A DNA stretch of 64,000 nt from Octopus sinensis (GCF_006345805.1 NC_043007.1:1-64000), one strand, 5' to 3'. Counted from the stretch's first letter, positions 37,586-53,715 are shown. The notes: a model not told the origin generated them from the letters alone. Program-made: numbers and translations.

Positions 37586-37740
37586 CGACAAAAGCATGTC
37601 ACGTCGATGCCCAAAGGAACATGCAACTTCTACAGTCATGATGTATGCAAAGTTTCGGGATTGCATCTCGATTTAAAAATTACCTTATTAACCTGACGTT
37701 TATTTTTCTCCTTGAAAGTTGTTGGTTTGATGTTGATATA

Positions 37741-38557
37741 GTTGTGTGGTAAGAAGGCGGCGAGCTGGCAAAAACGTTAGCACGCCCGGCGAAATGCTTA
37801 GCGGTATTTCGTCTGCCGTTTCGTTCTGAGTTCAAATTCCGCCGAGGTCGACTTTACCTTTCATCCTTTCGGGGTCGATAAATTAAGTACAAGTTACGCA
37901 TTGGGGTCGATGTAATCGACTTAATCCGTTTGCCTGTCCTTGTTTGTCCTCTCTATATTTAGCCCCTTGTGGGCAATAAAGAAATAGAAATAGGTATTTC
38001 GTCGGCCGTTACGTTCTGAGTTCAAATTCCACCAAGGTCGACTTTGCCTTTCATCTTTTCGGGGTCGATCAATTAACTACGAGTTTCGCACCGGGGTCGA
38101 TCTAATCGACTTAATCTCTTTGTCTGTCATTGTTTGTCCTCTCTGTGTCTAGCCCCTTGTGGGCAATAAAGAAATAGGGAGCTTGCTTCCCAACCGCATA
38201 GTTCCGAGTTCAGTCTCAATGCAGGGCATCTTGATCAAGTGTCTCCTACTATTGCTTTGGGCTGCCAAAGCCTTGTGAGTAGGTTTGGTGGACGGAAACA
38301 GAATGAAGCCCGTCGTATATGCATATGTATATATCTATATGTATGTCTTTGTGTCTGAGCTAGTCTCGTACATTACCACATGACAATCGGTGTTGATGTG
38401 TTTACGTCCATGTAACCAAATTGTTCGGCATAAGAGACCAACAGAATAAGTATCTGGCTTTAGCAAATGTCCTAGGAGCAATTTGTTCAACTAAAAACCC
38501 TTCAAGGCGGTGCCCCAGCATAGCAACACACAAATGGCTGAAGCAAGTAAAAGATAA

Positions 38558-38559
<2 letters not shown>
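37741..38559 (+). mobile_element. SINE group B interrupted by a group A dimer (~37753-38177)
   Basis: B head GTTGTGTGGTAAGAA resumes as AGCTTGCTTCCCAACC after the dimer. Confidence 0.85.
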
Positions 38560-38593
<34 letters not shown>

Positions 38594-38678
38594 TTTTATC
38601 TTTTACTTGTTTAAGCCATTTGTCTGTGGCTATGCTGGAGCACTGCCTTGAAGGGTTTTTAGTTGAACAAATTGCTCC
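38475..38678. repeat. Inverted duplication of a SINE B tail around (TA)n
   Basis: 38475-38559 vs 38594-38678, about 6 mismatches in 85 bp; shares copy-specific variants. Confidence 0.9.
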
Positions 38679-39774
38679 CATATATATGTATGTATGTAAG
38701 ACTCTCTGTCACTTATGATGGTCATGCATCTGCGTATGTATGTGTAATCCAGGGCAAGAAGAATTTTTGAGAATAACTGACAGTTGCCTACGCATGTAAG
38801 TCTCCTCTCTCTACGTCGGATATCATTATCGAAGGGAAAGGCCGCCGACATGGGTCGATACAGATGAGTAGAGAACTCAATGAACCGGAACGTAACCACT
38901 AACATTCAAACCAACCCACTGCCCAAATCGGTCCTTTCTGTTTTTTCATTTATTCAATCTCGGAAAGATGAAAGATGGGATTGACCTTGGTGGTGTTTGA
39001 GCTGAGATTCTAGGAAGTCGAAACAAAAACTGCGAAGTATTGTATCCAACAGTAAAAATTCTGATAAATTGCTGTCTTGATGTTGACAAAAATTCTAATG
39101 ACAGCCATTTTTATATATATTATAAGCGCTTGTTTACAATGTTTTGCGTTTCATGAGAGACTTTGTAACAACATGTAAATCTATTCAAGAAAAGAAGATG
39201 CACTGGGATCATAGATTATTCATTAGATGTGAGAGTTTTCCTTTATATTTTCATCTCTATTTATACTGGGTTGAATTTTATAGTGTAGGACTAGTTTCTA
39301 TATTTTATTGTTTTCTTTAGACTTGAAAAGTATTAGCATATATTTATTTAACAAGCCTATCTTTTTTCTTCCTTTTCTATGTTATGCAGTAATGTTTTCG
39401 TTTTGTCTAGATGTGTTGAAAAGGTTTTCTGAGTAGCGAGTTTTTTAAGCTGAAATTTTGAACCAGAGTTGACACTGCATATCGTTACGCTGAAAGACAC
39501 ATTCATTAGCGCTTCTGGTGTACAGTACTGAAATGATTTATGCATCGTTGTTATTGCAACATCTAAGAAAGGAGTTTGTTAGATATCTCTTGAATCTTGA
39601 CTCATTTTAAATTTAAATTTATTTTGCACTTACCGATATGCTCACTTGTTTATATACGTTTAGAGACTTACTCAGAAGTTTCTTTAATATTTAAATGATG
39701 AAACGTATATTATTTATTTTGTTACAATTTGACTCTCCATTACATTTATAATAGAGTTGAATAGCCTTTGATAT

Positions 39775-40210
<436 letters not shown>

Positions 40211-41338
40211 ATTTCACATGCTTTTGCAAAACTCTTGACTGTCACAATCAAAAGATGAAAAAATATTTGAAAAGCTGTTTTATAGTTCGTTATACAGGGT
40301 TCGAATTTTCAAGTACCTTCTGTTTAACAATTATTGGATTTGTTATAAAAGAAAACTGTATCTGTGTCATCAATACTATTCAATACAAGATAATACCGTT
40401 GTGTATTTCGATAATGTATCTTGCTCTGTATTGAGGCCATTCCATTGATGTACTGTTACAGCTTATTTGATTACAATAAATAACATACATACTTCATGTA
40501 CTGTTAATGTAGAGCGTTATAGATCAAATTAAAGACCAGCCCTACTTGTCAATACGATTTTCTATCAAATTCTAAATATGTTGGAACAGCGATGTTGCAT
40601 TTCGTATGCATCTCTTTTAAAAAACGGATGCACAAAGTATATCGTACTTTAAAAGTACCATTTGAGAGATCTTATGTAATATTTTGCGACCAGCTCTAAG
40701 AAAGAATTTCGATCAATACACCAATGCTTTTGATAGACACTTGCCATTTGGAAGGCAGTATGATAAATAGTTACTGTTGCATTCGATTTCGCTCACGTTG
40801 GTACATCCAATGACATTTTCATTGAGCAGATGCTGACGCAGAAGAAACGCAAAATCGCTTTCCCTATTATATCAGGAACTTGAAAGAAAAATATTGACGC
40901 ATCAAAAAACTGATCTATAATCGAAAATGCTTTTTTCTCACGACAGATATTCTGGAAACTATCGATTATCTACCGAAGATGAGTAGAAGTAATTATACAG
41001 CGTTCATAGTTCTAATACAAAGAAAAATAAAAGAAAGATGTGATGAAGGAAAGTGTTCGAATTTAGATGTGATAGATAAATGGTCAATCAGATACCATAT
41101 GTTCAGTATACTTTGGAAGAAAATAAATGTTCCTCCGAGATGTAAGAGAACATGCATGAAAATGTTTGGAGACGCAATTGGACTTTCAACATGCCGGGCC
41201 ACACCATTCATGCATACTGCATATATATATATGTATGTATGTGTGTATGTATGTATGTATGTATGTATGAATGTATGCATGCATGCATGTATGTATCCAT
41301 CTACCTATCTTTCTGTCTGTCTGTGTATTATCTATCTA

Positions 41339-41394
<56 letters not shown>

Positions 41395-42221
41395 AGCATA
41401 TATAAGTACCAATTTGTTTAATAAAAGAGGCGGAAAATGGAAGATACGAGAATGTTAATTAATCACTACGATTGCTTCGTCCCATCTAGCTTCCATCCCT
41501 CAGGTATTGGATATCTATCAACTCAGTTGTACCCAACGGTGTAGATGTGTCTCTTCAGATGATTACAGGATGTATCTCTTTAAAATGACGACTTTTTTGC
41601 AAGATATCTTCTCGGTTTGTGTATAGAAAAGCACCTAATTGAAGGATACACGTTCATTTTTTATATAAAATCAATAATAAACGGATGCAAAAAGTAACGA
41701 ATACACAATACACGAGAAAGGTATTAAATATAGCCTTTAACAGATATGGATATAGAAACGCCCTCGCTTAGGTTGTATGGTGCACTTCTATTCGCTCGTA
41801 CAAACATCAACGAAGATATAAACATACACGCGTGGTTTGCCGTACATTTGCTCACACCGAGTTAAATAGCTACTTAGTGTTTATAATAATGGGGAGGCTA
41901 GAGTCAAATTTAATTCATCCATATCTTATGGTTATTAATTTGGTTAACAATTAATCAGATTCAATCTCACTGCCTTGTGTGAAAGTGCATTTATAAGCAT
42001 GTAAGCATCTTGAGAGTCTTTCAGAAATTCTATTATAGATCTTCTCATTGGTCCACAAATTAGACAGAGATTCTTCGGAGCAGAGTCTGCATCTCTTACA
42101 AAGGATGTTATATGGTTGCGTGTGCCTGATTATTGACTAAGTTATATCATATTTAATTTAATTTCCTTTAAAAGTATATATGAATATATACCTGAACATA
42201 TGTATATATGCTTACATTGGA

Positions 42222-42606
42222 TGGAAGCACTCCGTCGGTTCCGACGACGAGGGTTCCGGTTGATCCGAATCAACGGAACAGCCTGCTCGTGAAATTAACG
42301 TGTAAGTGGCTGAGCACTCCACAGACACGTGTACCCTTAACGTAGTTCTCGGGGATATTCAGCATGACACAGAGAATGACAAGGCCGGCCCTTTGAAATA
42401 CAGGTACAACAGAAACAAGAAGAAAGAATGCGAGAAAGTTGTGGTGAAAGAGTACAGCAGGGATCATCACCATCCCCTGCCGGAGCCTCGTGGAGATTTA
42501 GGTGTTTTCGCTCAATAAACACTCACAACGCCCGGTCTGGGAATCGAAACCGCGATCCTACGACCGCGAGTCCGCTGCCCTAACCACTGGGCCATTGCGC
42601 CTCCAC
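42222..42606 (-). mobile_element. SINE group C, tail type 1, full length
   Basis: 11-bp TSD ATGCTTACATT (42208-42218 / 42607-42617). Confidence 0.93.
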
Positions 42607-42635
42607 ATGCTTACATTATGCTGTGTATGAACGTA

Positions 42636-42636
42636 C

Positions 42637-42667
<31 letters not shown>

Positions 42668-42950
42668 TGTATGTATGTATGTATGTATGTATGTATGTAT
42701 GTATGTATGTATGTATGTATGTATGTATGTATGGTTCGATCCTTCAAGTTGGAAGTCCAGTTGCATCATCGAAAATCTTGATGCATATGATCTTAAATCT
42801 CAAAAGCAAATTGAATTTATATCGAACACACACGCACACACATATACGCACACGTACAAACACACATACATTTAGATACATACATATATACATTTACAAA
42901 GTAGTTATATGTTAGGGTATTATGTATGCATGTATGTGCGTATGTATGTG

Positions 42951-43024
<74 letters not shown>

Positions 43025-43034
43025 AATCTATCAG

Positions 43035-43095
<61 letters not shown>
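42636..43095. repeat. (TATG)n and (TCTA)n microsatellites
   Basis: Direct reading. Confidence 0.9.
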
Positions 43096-43560
43096 TGATA
43101 GATATTTTTTGCTGCCGACAAAACACTGCGCTTGCGCGGTGGATTTGAAACATTATAATGTATAAGCAAGAGGCACATGCTGGATTTGCCTCGTACGTAT
43201 ATCTTTAATCTAGACGTACCTGTTGATGAAGACTTCGTATAGCAAATTATTTTATTTGCTAAAAATGTCTGAAACTATGGTCCGGGAGATAGATGGCAAA
43301 TGTTTTTATTTTTCATCCCCTTCGAGATTTTATCCATAAAGACGGTTTGGATTTTAGCTGTTCTTTCTAACGTGAAAGGAATCATATGACGGATACCTGT
43401 TATGTGTGTAAATGTACACTGTGATTAACATAGAGTCTATTGACTAACTTTTTTCTTCACGCTAGGCCACAGGTAGTAAAAATTTCTAAAATATTTATTA
43501 CCCTGATATTATTAAATATATATGTATGTGTGTGTGGGTGAGTGTGTGTGTGTGTGTTTG

Positions 43561-43609
<49 letters not shown>

Positions 43610-43714
43610 TCACCCCCCCCAAATGAAGAACAAGCACAAGAAAACAACAACAACAACGCGAGAGCGTGGTACATGCAAAGTATTAGCAAACGTTCAGGGA
43701 AGGAAAAAAAGGTG

Positions 43715-43749
43715 GTTTTACGTTTCGAGCAAAGCTCTTCTTCAGAAAC
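43715..43749 (-). ncRNA. Ultra-minimal type I hammerhead (HHR-9), Penelope pLTR type
   Basis: Minus strand: GTTT CTGAAGA A GAGC TTT GCTC GAAAC GTA AAAC. Loopless palindromic ACGT helix III, extra A after A9. Lies in a ~200-bp island next to (TA)n. Confidence 0.8.
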
Positions 43750-43791
43750 AGGACACTGAGGAAAGTGCAAGAGAAAAAAAGACGACGGAAA

Positions 43792-43822
<31 letters not shown>

Positions 43823-44378
43823 CGACGGGTTTCCACAGTTTTCGTCAGCAAATTCACTCGCAAGGCAATAGTGAGATCGTAGCAAATTTCTGCAAAGAAC
43901 GCGAAACCATGTGGTTGCCAAAATTCTCAACTATGCAGCCACGACTATAAGTACAAATTCTTTTTATTACAGTATTTCGGTTTCTAAAGCAGTCACCCAT
44001 CTATGTATTAACTTGGTTCGGTGTTACTTCACTTCCGTAATCGAACGCTACTGTAATTTTGTAACGTGATTTTCTGATTTAAATATCTCTTGCTTTGAAT
44101 GTCTCTTAAATATCACCTAATTTCCTACATGCTTTGACCAGATATTTACTAAACCTAATAAACACAGAACAAAATATAATAGAATATATTGTAGAATATA
44201 ACAGAACAAAAGATAATGGAACACATTGTTTTCGTTATACGTTCCGTAATCAAATTTTATTTAGCTGAAATGCAAATTTCCATATTTTTCTTATGCTTTC
44301 CTGTATCTCATTACCATATTAAATACTCTCTGCAATAATAAAGCAGTAATCAGTGAAAATGTGCAAAGTCTTGGTGTA

Positions 44379-44379
<1 letters not shown>

Positions 44380-44454
<75 letters not shown>

Positions 44455-44535
44455 AGTCTGTCTGTCTGTCTGCCTGTGTGTCTGTCTGCCTGCCTGCCTG
44501 CCTGCCTGTCTGTCTGTCGGTCTGTCTGTCTGTCC

Positions 44536-44611
<76 letters not shown>

Positions 44612-44656
44612 GTCTGTCTGTGTGTCTGTCTATCTATCTGCCTATCTGCCTGTCTG

Positions 44657-44708
<52 letters not shown>

Positions 44709-44770
44709 ACTATATATTTGTCTGTCTATCTATCTGTCTATCTACTCATACGTACATACATACATGCATA
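44380..44770. repeat. (TCTA)n/(TCTG)n compound microsatellite
   Basis: Direct reading. Confidence 0.95.
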
Positions 44771-45113
44771 AATACATATATATAACTACATACTTACATA
44801 TATACACACATACTTTCATTAGCGACGAGTGAAACAAGTAAAAAAATCCAGTTGAAAGGGAACATACTTTACTGAACGGATGCATTTCTAATTTCTCTAA
44901 AATGTTTGTGACAAAATGTTTATAAATTATTAGGAATGTTTATGTAAATTTTGAAAATACCTTGCGGCTTTCGAATACTTGAATTCTTTCGTATGTGGTT
45001 TTTATATAGTTAGTAAGTTTGACCAAGTTTCAGAATAAATCATTTCAATTGTTTATTTTTAAATATATTTAAGAGTTACCTTTATTATTCCTTTTGAAAA
45101 AGCATCTTTTATG

Positions 45114-45597
<484 letters not shown>

Positions 45598-46345
45598 TAT
45601 GTGTTCACTAATAATTTAGGAACTTGCTGCCACAATTCCCTTGAAACATACCGCAGTCTTTTGCACGGCGGTGTACAAGTAGGATAAAATTTTCTTCAAA
45701 ACTCCATACCTAAGGAGTTGAATTCTTGAAACACTTTCGATCTTTGGCCTAAGCATCAGCAAACAACAGCGTTTGTAGGAAAAGGATTTAATTGATTAAG
45801 TTTGGCTAAACCCAGAAGTATAAAGCTGTGTACTTTAATGTACTCAAATGTACATCTTATCAAATTAGTTCACACAGCCGCTCTCAGCCACTGGTTATTT
45901 AATTAAGATATCGAGCAACGTAAAAAGGTATTGATCATGATTTAAGGCAACCGAAATTCTAGGTGTAAGACAATTAACAACGATGCTACAGGTCCCTTAA
46001 TAAGGTTAAGTCAGTGCTAAAATTCTTACTCTAGGAAATCGAAACATTTAATTAATTAAAATTAATCAAAAATAGAAATTTAACTCCGTAGTGAGGAATG
46101 TGATATTAGCTGCACGAATCAAATAAGGTGCACGCCCACACACCAAGAGAATTTATTTGTCAGCGTGTTACGCAACAATTGTACCTCTTTTACATCAAAT
46201 TTCAAATACGTGCAAATATACAATTCACTGTTTAAGAAATTGAAAAGGAACTGCAAATTAAATGACATCACCAATTGTAGTCAGGAGAATTTATTCCTGA
46301 AGATTTGATAAATTAATTGTTTATTTAGCAGTTTTTCATACACAT

Positions 46346-46736
46346 TGGTAAGTAGTTTGCTTGCCAACCACATGGTTCCGGGTTCAGTCCCACTGCGTGG
46401 TACCTTGGGCAAGTGTCTTCTACTATAGCCTCGGGTCGACCAAAGCCTTGTGAGTGGATTTGATAGACGAAAACTGAAAGAAGCCCGTCGTATATATATA
46501 TATATATATGTATATGTGTGTGTGTTTGTGTGTCTGTGTTTGTACCCCCAACATCACTTGACAACCGATGATGGTGTGTTTACGTCCCAGTAACTTAGCG
46601 GTTCGGCCAAAAAGACCGATAGAATAATTACCAGGCTTACAAAGAATAGGCCCTGGGGTCGATTTGCTCGACTAAAGGCGGTGATCCAGCATGGCCGCAG
46701 TCACATGACTGAAACAAGTAAAAGAGTAAAGAGAGA
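46346..46736 (+). mobile_element. SINE group B, near full length
   Basis: GGTTCCGGGTTCAGTCCC head, CCTTGGGCAAGTG, AAACAAGTAAAAGAGTAAA tail. Confidence 0.92.
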
Positions 46737-47005
46737 GTAGTGGTTCCAAAATCAAAACTAATGTTCACTAAAACTTTACTGGTCGGATTGAATTCCAAAT
46801 CATTTCTTTTCTGTCTTTTCTTGTGCATCTCTATTAAATGAAAGACGAGGGATTCTTTAAATTGTGGTTTGTACAAATTTATATTTGTGCTTGAGCGCAA
46901 GACTTTACTTTCCGACTAACAGGTCCCTAGACACACTTTCAATTCCCAGTCAAACCTATTTAATGCCATTTATATCGTTAATTCCAGTGAGAACATGCAA
47001 GAATA

Positions 47006-47137
47006 TTCTCTTCTACTCTAGGCACAAGGCCCGAAATTTTGGAGGAGGTGGCCAGTCGATTAGATCGACCCCAGTACGCAACTGGTAGTTAAATTTATCG
47101 ACCCCGAAAGGATGACAGGCAAAGTCAACCTCGACGG
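47006..47137 (-). mobile_element. SINE group A/D, 5'-truncated
   Basis: D tail; flanking repeat AACA(T/C)GCAAGAATA. Confidence 0.8.
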
Positions 47138-48103
47138 AACACGCAAGAATAGTACAACTTCGCTTTAGTTCTGTAAGTGATTATTTCATAAAATTTAATT
47201 ACAATTCATTTTTGGTTCGGCTAATATTGAAGAGGCTGTCCCACCAAAACCAGAATTTAAACTCATTATTTAAAAGCAATCAATCATTCTTCTACCGTAT
47301 TTTGATTCCTCCACTTATAGTCAGAAACAGCCTCGCAATTTCTTTTACCTATTGATGGGTAGATGAAGTTTAATTGTCCTGGTATGGTTGTACCTCATAC
47401 GTCATCAGTGAGAGAACATGAAATGTGCAATTTCTTCTGTGGGTTTGTCATCATTCCAGAAGACTTCCCGAAACCTAGCGGGTTGGCAAATAGTGATCTA
47501 TAAAATAGGTAGTAAACTTGAAAACTACAACTGGGATCGACTTGTTAGATTAAATCATTTAAGGTGGTACACCAGCATAGCCGCAGTCCAATGTCTGAAG
47601 CAATAAAAATAGTTGAAGAATAAAAGAATGTGAAATTGCTTCTACCGTTTCCTAGAATGTCCTTGAAAAATTTAATCAAGTACTTCCAACAACGACAGGA
47701 AAAAGAAAAAAATCAAGTTTATTTACACAGTGATTATTATGATTAAGAGAGATTTCCATTCGCTGTATGTTTTGAAATATCAATCGATATGATATTAATA
47801 TGAAAAAAGAATATAGATTTTATTTTTAGATACAGAATGACATTATCAAAGAGCTAAACCAATATCTATAAAGATTCCTGCTGTTCTTCTGTTCGACAAA
47901 TAACTCGTTTGAAAAGTTTTCGTACAGCGAATGAAATCTTTGTAATTTCTGCACTGCTGAGAAAAACAAGGAGTTTAAATCTTATTCAAATAGTATTTTA
48001 AACTTATAATGATAGTTCAGGCGAAGTAACGAAATAATGGTCAAATAAAAGACAAAAATATTTGGAATGTTGTGTAACAATAGTGTATTTCTATGTTCTT
48101 ACA

Positions 48104-48576
48104 TTGATTTCACATTTTGGCACAAGGCCAGAAATTTCGGGTTGAGGTTTGAGTCGATTACATCGACCTCAGTACTCAATTGGTACTTAGTTTATCGATC
48201 CCTAAATGAAAAAATCGACCTCGGCAGAATTTGAACTCAGAACGTGAAAACGAACGAAATGCCGCTAATCATTTCGCCCGTAATGCTAACGATGTTTCCA
48301 TCTTGCCACCTTGTATAATCTTATATGAATAAAAACTTATTAGCTTTTGATATGTTAACTGAAGCCCCTATGCGATTGCTCAGCGTTATAGATATCCCTT
48401 TCAGAATTTCTTATGATATTACATTATCGTTTCCAAAGGAAGCAATGGTGCAGGCGTGGCTGCGTAGTAAGGATCTTGCCTCCCAACCATATGGTTCCAG
48501 TTTCAGTTCAATTGCGTGGTGCCTCGGGCAAGTGTCTTCAGTTATAGTTCCGGATCGATCAATGCTTTGTGATTGG
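48104..48576. mobile_element. Degraded D-tail SINE (-, ~48104-48312) plus SINE B head (+, ~48449-48576), bracketed by a 44-bp direct repeat
   Basis: Repeat 48060-48103 / 48577-48620 with 2 mismatches. Confidence 0.7.
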
Positions 48577-48666
48577 ATTTGGAATGTTGTGTAACAATAG
48601 TGCACTTCTATGTTCTTACAGTGTACTGGCATGGATGTGGCAGCATTTGAAATGTTGTTGAGGTTT

Positions 48667-48738
48667 ATGCAGCTGATGATGACAAATCAAATATACGTTG
48701 GCAGACGTATTTTGGAGAGTCTGAAACCGGTCCTGCAT
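48667..48738 (+). ncRNA. Type I hammerhead ribozyme, apparently intact (HHR-10)
   Basis: ATGCAG CTGATGA T GAC..TCAAATATACGT TGGCAG ACGTATTTTGG..GTC T GAAAC CG GTC CTGCAT. Perfect 6-bp stem I, long stem II, ACCGGT palindrome, GUC site at 48730-48732; host island ends in (TA)n at about 48925. Confidence 0.85.
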
Positions 48739-48920
48739 TATCCGTTTCTAGGTTTTTCATTTTTCAGATGTTCTTCCTAGAGGTAAGACAATTTTTTTCA
48801 TGATTGTTGCACACACGCGTCTTTAGTAGTACATACGCAGTGAAGCTATACATTAGCGTCGTATTTATTACGTTCGCTATTTTCCAGTAAATATCGGTGC
48901 TTCGTTGTGCCATTTATTTA

Positions 48921-48964
<44 letters not shown>

Positions 48965-50057
48965 TGTAGAAATCGCGGTATAGTTAGCTTTGTTCACAGT
49001 TCCTGATTAAGTGTTGGATTGTTGGATCATCTCACAGTGCCACAACCTTCTGCTACGGTTCTGAGTTCTACTCCGATCATTCCTTGTTGATTATTTTTTG
49101 CCATCAGATGTGCTACACATTTTTCTTTCCAAACAAAAGATTCGAAGTAAGTCTTTGTAGCATGCCTTCAGTCAATTTGACAAAACAACAAACAAAAAAA
49201 GAAGCAAAATAAATCACTCCTATGTATATCCACCCACGCCCCTCACATTACTAAAAGCCAGAACAAAGTTCTCATAAGGTTTTCCATGTCAGTTAAACAT
49301 TTTACAATAACGCCAAGACATAACCATTAGACATCTCAAGGACATATAAACACATTTACCCATTTATAAATGCACAACGCACAGCAAATTTACATGAGAT
49401 TTCGGCTGCCATTTCTCGGCCTCACAAAATCTGACATCTCATGGTTACACCACACGTGTAAAGAAATGATAAAACTACTTTCCAAATACTAGACGTCTCT
49501 TCATTATGAGAAACCACTTCAGTCCTGAACAATTTCCTGCAGGTTTTCTAAACAGATATTCTTTATAAAACAGCACACACTCCGAAGATAATAAGGTTAA
49601 TTCACGCATAGACGTATACATACTGACAAATATCGTAGGTCATTTAAGCGAAAGAAAACCCTTATCTATTTTACTGAAAGTATCTCGCTCGCCATTCACT
49701 GGCTCACAGATGTTCTTATTGTGTTTTCAATCTTTTATATCAGTCTATAATGGCTTTTGCTCATCTCTTTATAATCGGCCATCGAATGTCACCTAGTTCA
49801 TATGAGTCGTCGTCCTTGATGTATCACATCTTATCAATTTCCCACCAAATAACTTCCATTCCTTTCTCCATCGTAGCTGCAAATATCTAGATATAATCTG
49901 CGTTTGCCTGTCTGTATGTCTGTCAGTCTATCTATCGATAGATTGATTGATCGATCTTTCCATCTCTTTTATTATTAATTTATATTCGATTAAACGAAAT
50001 AGAAATGTTTAATATTCGTATATTGAGCCCTATCTTCTGTGTGTTCTACGCACTCTG

Positions 50058-51660
<1,603 letters not shown>

Positions 51661-52839
51661 TGAATACCAGGGGATGTATACACAACCGTGAGGATGCGTT
51701 GTTATTCCTTGTAATCGAATGTACACACAAGTGAAGAAACGAGAAGCCTCATGATAATCCGAATGTTAGCAACAACTTCGTGAACGGTGACACGTGAAAG
51801 TGAGGAAGGTGCTACGTGGTCACTCTACGTGCTTGAAATAGCTGTCAGATCACTTCCATTCACACCTAACTACTTTTCAAAGAGTATAAGATGACATTGG
51901 TTGTTGTCGTTATGGATGTTTAATAATGATAGAATTCATACAGCTTTGATGCCTTAGGTAATAGATTGATTATATCCTGGAAGAAAGGGGACGAAACATT
52001 CACTGTAAAGTTCTTCGTTTCTTCATAATGTAATCATTGTTTGGCGAGAAGCCATATTTCAGTAAGGAGTCTGTGTTCGATATACAATTAATTAATTGAT
52101 GGTGAAGAGAATTGAAACCACTTATCATTTATGAATATTGTCTTATATGAAATAAGAGTAGTAATTAAATTAAATACACGTATATATGTATAGGGGCATA
52201 TATACATGCACGCACATACATTTACATGCACCTACACATATATCTGAATACGTGCATACATACATGGGTATATAGACATAAATATATGCATACATAGATA
52301 GATAACTTTCTTTATTGGCCACGCAGGGCGGAACAGTGAGGGGACAAATACAAATGTAGAGCTTTTCTTTTCGAAAATGAAAAAGAAAAAGGGGAAAAAT
52401 AAGAAAAAAAGTAAACAAGTAAAATGAGAAAAAAGAGTAAAAAAAGAATAAAGTAAAGGGATCGGGGAAAGAAAGAAAGGCGATCAAAAGGGATCGTGTA
52501 TCACAGAAGAATTTTAAAAATGTAAGAAGTAAGATTAGGTTTATCCGTGGAAAGAAAAGCCTACGGAAAGGACCACGGTAACCTCAGGCAGGGAGGAAAT
52601 AAACACATGAGAGCAAAGTGCTCTCTCTTTTTTCGATTTACAGGATCATGCTCAAAGTGGTTTCGTCACTCGCACGCACCATCTTTGCTACATTCACCCA
52701 CCTTTTTTTGAAACTTTCGTGAGACTAAACCTGCCTCTCCATTCTCACCTTCTTTTTCAAGTGGTACTTAAAAAAGTTGATGAGAGGTAATTGTTTGTGT
52801 CTAATCCTTTCGCCCGAGTCCATCAAACACATTCTTTCA

Positions 52840-53040
52840 CCATAGCCACCAGTTCGATGAAGACTGCCTTCCCGGTTGAGGTAAGGTGGCGGAACAATTC
52901 ACACGATAGACTAGGCCGAGAGGTGGACTCGTCCCACACGTGACAGCAGCCGTTCGGCATAAGCCCACGGATCGTGGAATCGAACCCACGATCTCGCAAT
53001 CGTGAGTGTAGCGCACTAACCAGTAAGCCATGCGCTCCAC
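52840..53040 (-). mobile_element. tRNA-headed SINE with a distinct body
   Basis: Minus strand GTGGAGCGCATGGCTTACTGGTTAG...GGGTTCGATTCC (A and B boxes); body unlike groups A-C. Confidence 0.65.
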
Positions 53041-53154
53041 GATGAAGCCCTTCTAGCCAGCTTTAATAGTCAGTCGCAATCCAATTTGTTTTCGGGTGCA
53101 GTTCAAGTTGGAGCACATGTAATACATACCTATTACATTATGTCACAAGACAAA

Positions 53155-53282
53155 TAGCTCAGTGGTTAGAGTGTCGGATTCACAGTCATGAGGTAATGAG
53201 TTCGATTCCCGGGCCGCCTTGTGTTTGTTTTCTCTAGCAAGACACTTTATTTCTAGTCACTCCAGTTCACTTAGCTGTAAGT
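53155..53282 (+). mobile_element. tRNA/CORE-like SINE fragment
   Basis: GCTCAGTGGTTAGAG...GAGTTCGATTCCC...AGCAAGACACTTTATTT..CTCCAGTTCACTTAGCTG. Confidence 0.7.
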
Positions 53283-53316
53283 TGGTTTTGGCGTGAAGAT
53301 TTTTCAACATAAGATA

Positions 53317-53715
53317 TGTGGTAAGTAGCTTGCTTACCAACCACATGGTTTCGGGTTCTGTCCCACCACGTGGCATCTTGGGCAAGTGTCTTCTACTATA
53401 GCTTCGGGCCGACCAAAGCCTTGCGAGTGGATTTGGTAGAGGGAAACTGAAAGAAGCCCGTCGTATATATGTATGTGTGTGTGTATGTGTGTTTGTGTGT
53501 GTGTGTGTGTATGTGTGTGTATGTGCGTGTGAGTATATGTTTGTGTATCTGTGTTTTCCCTCCCCAACATCACTTGACAATTGATGTTGGTGTGTTTACG
53601 TCCCCGTAACTCAGCGGTTCGGCAAAAGAGACGGATAGAATAAGTACTAAGCTTACAAAGAATAAGTCTTGCGGTCGATTTATTCGACTAAAGGCGGTAC
53701 ACCAAATAAAAGAAT
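53317..53715 (+). mobile_element. SINE group B
   Basis: Colinear with the other B copies. Confidence 0.9.

Noticed and set aside
43820-43855. Minus-strand CTGACGA AAACTGTG GAAAC CCGTC GTA
   Set aside because: Lies in a diverged SINE B body; neither stem I nor stem II can form, and other B copies lack the core.
47360-47415. Minus-strand CTGATGA with a GTATG/CATAC stem
   Set aside because: No GAAA follows stem II.
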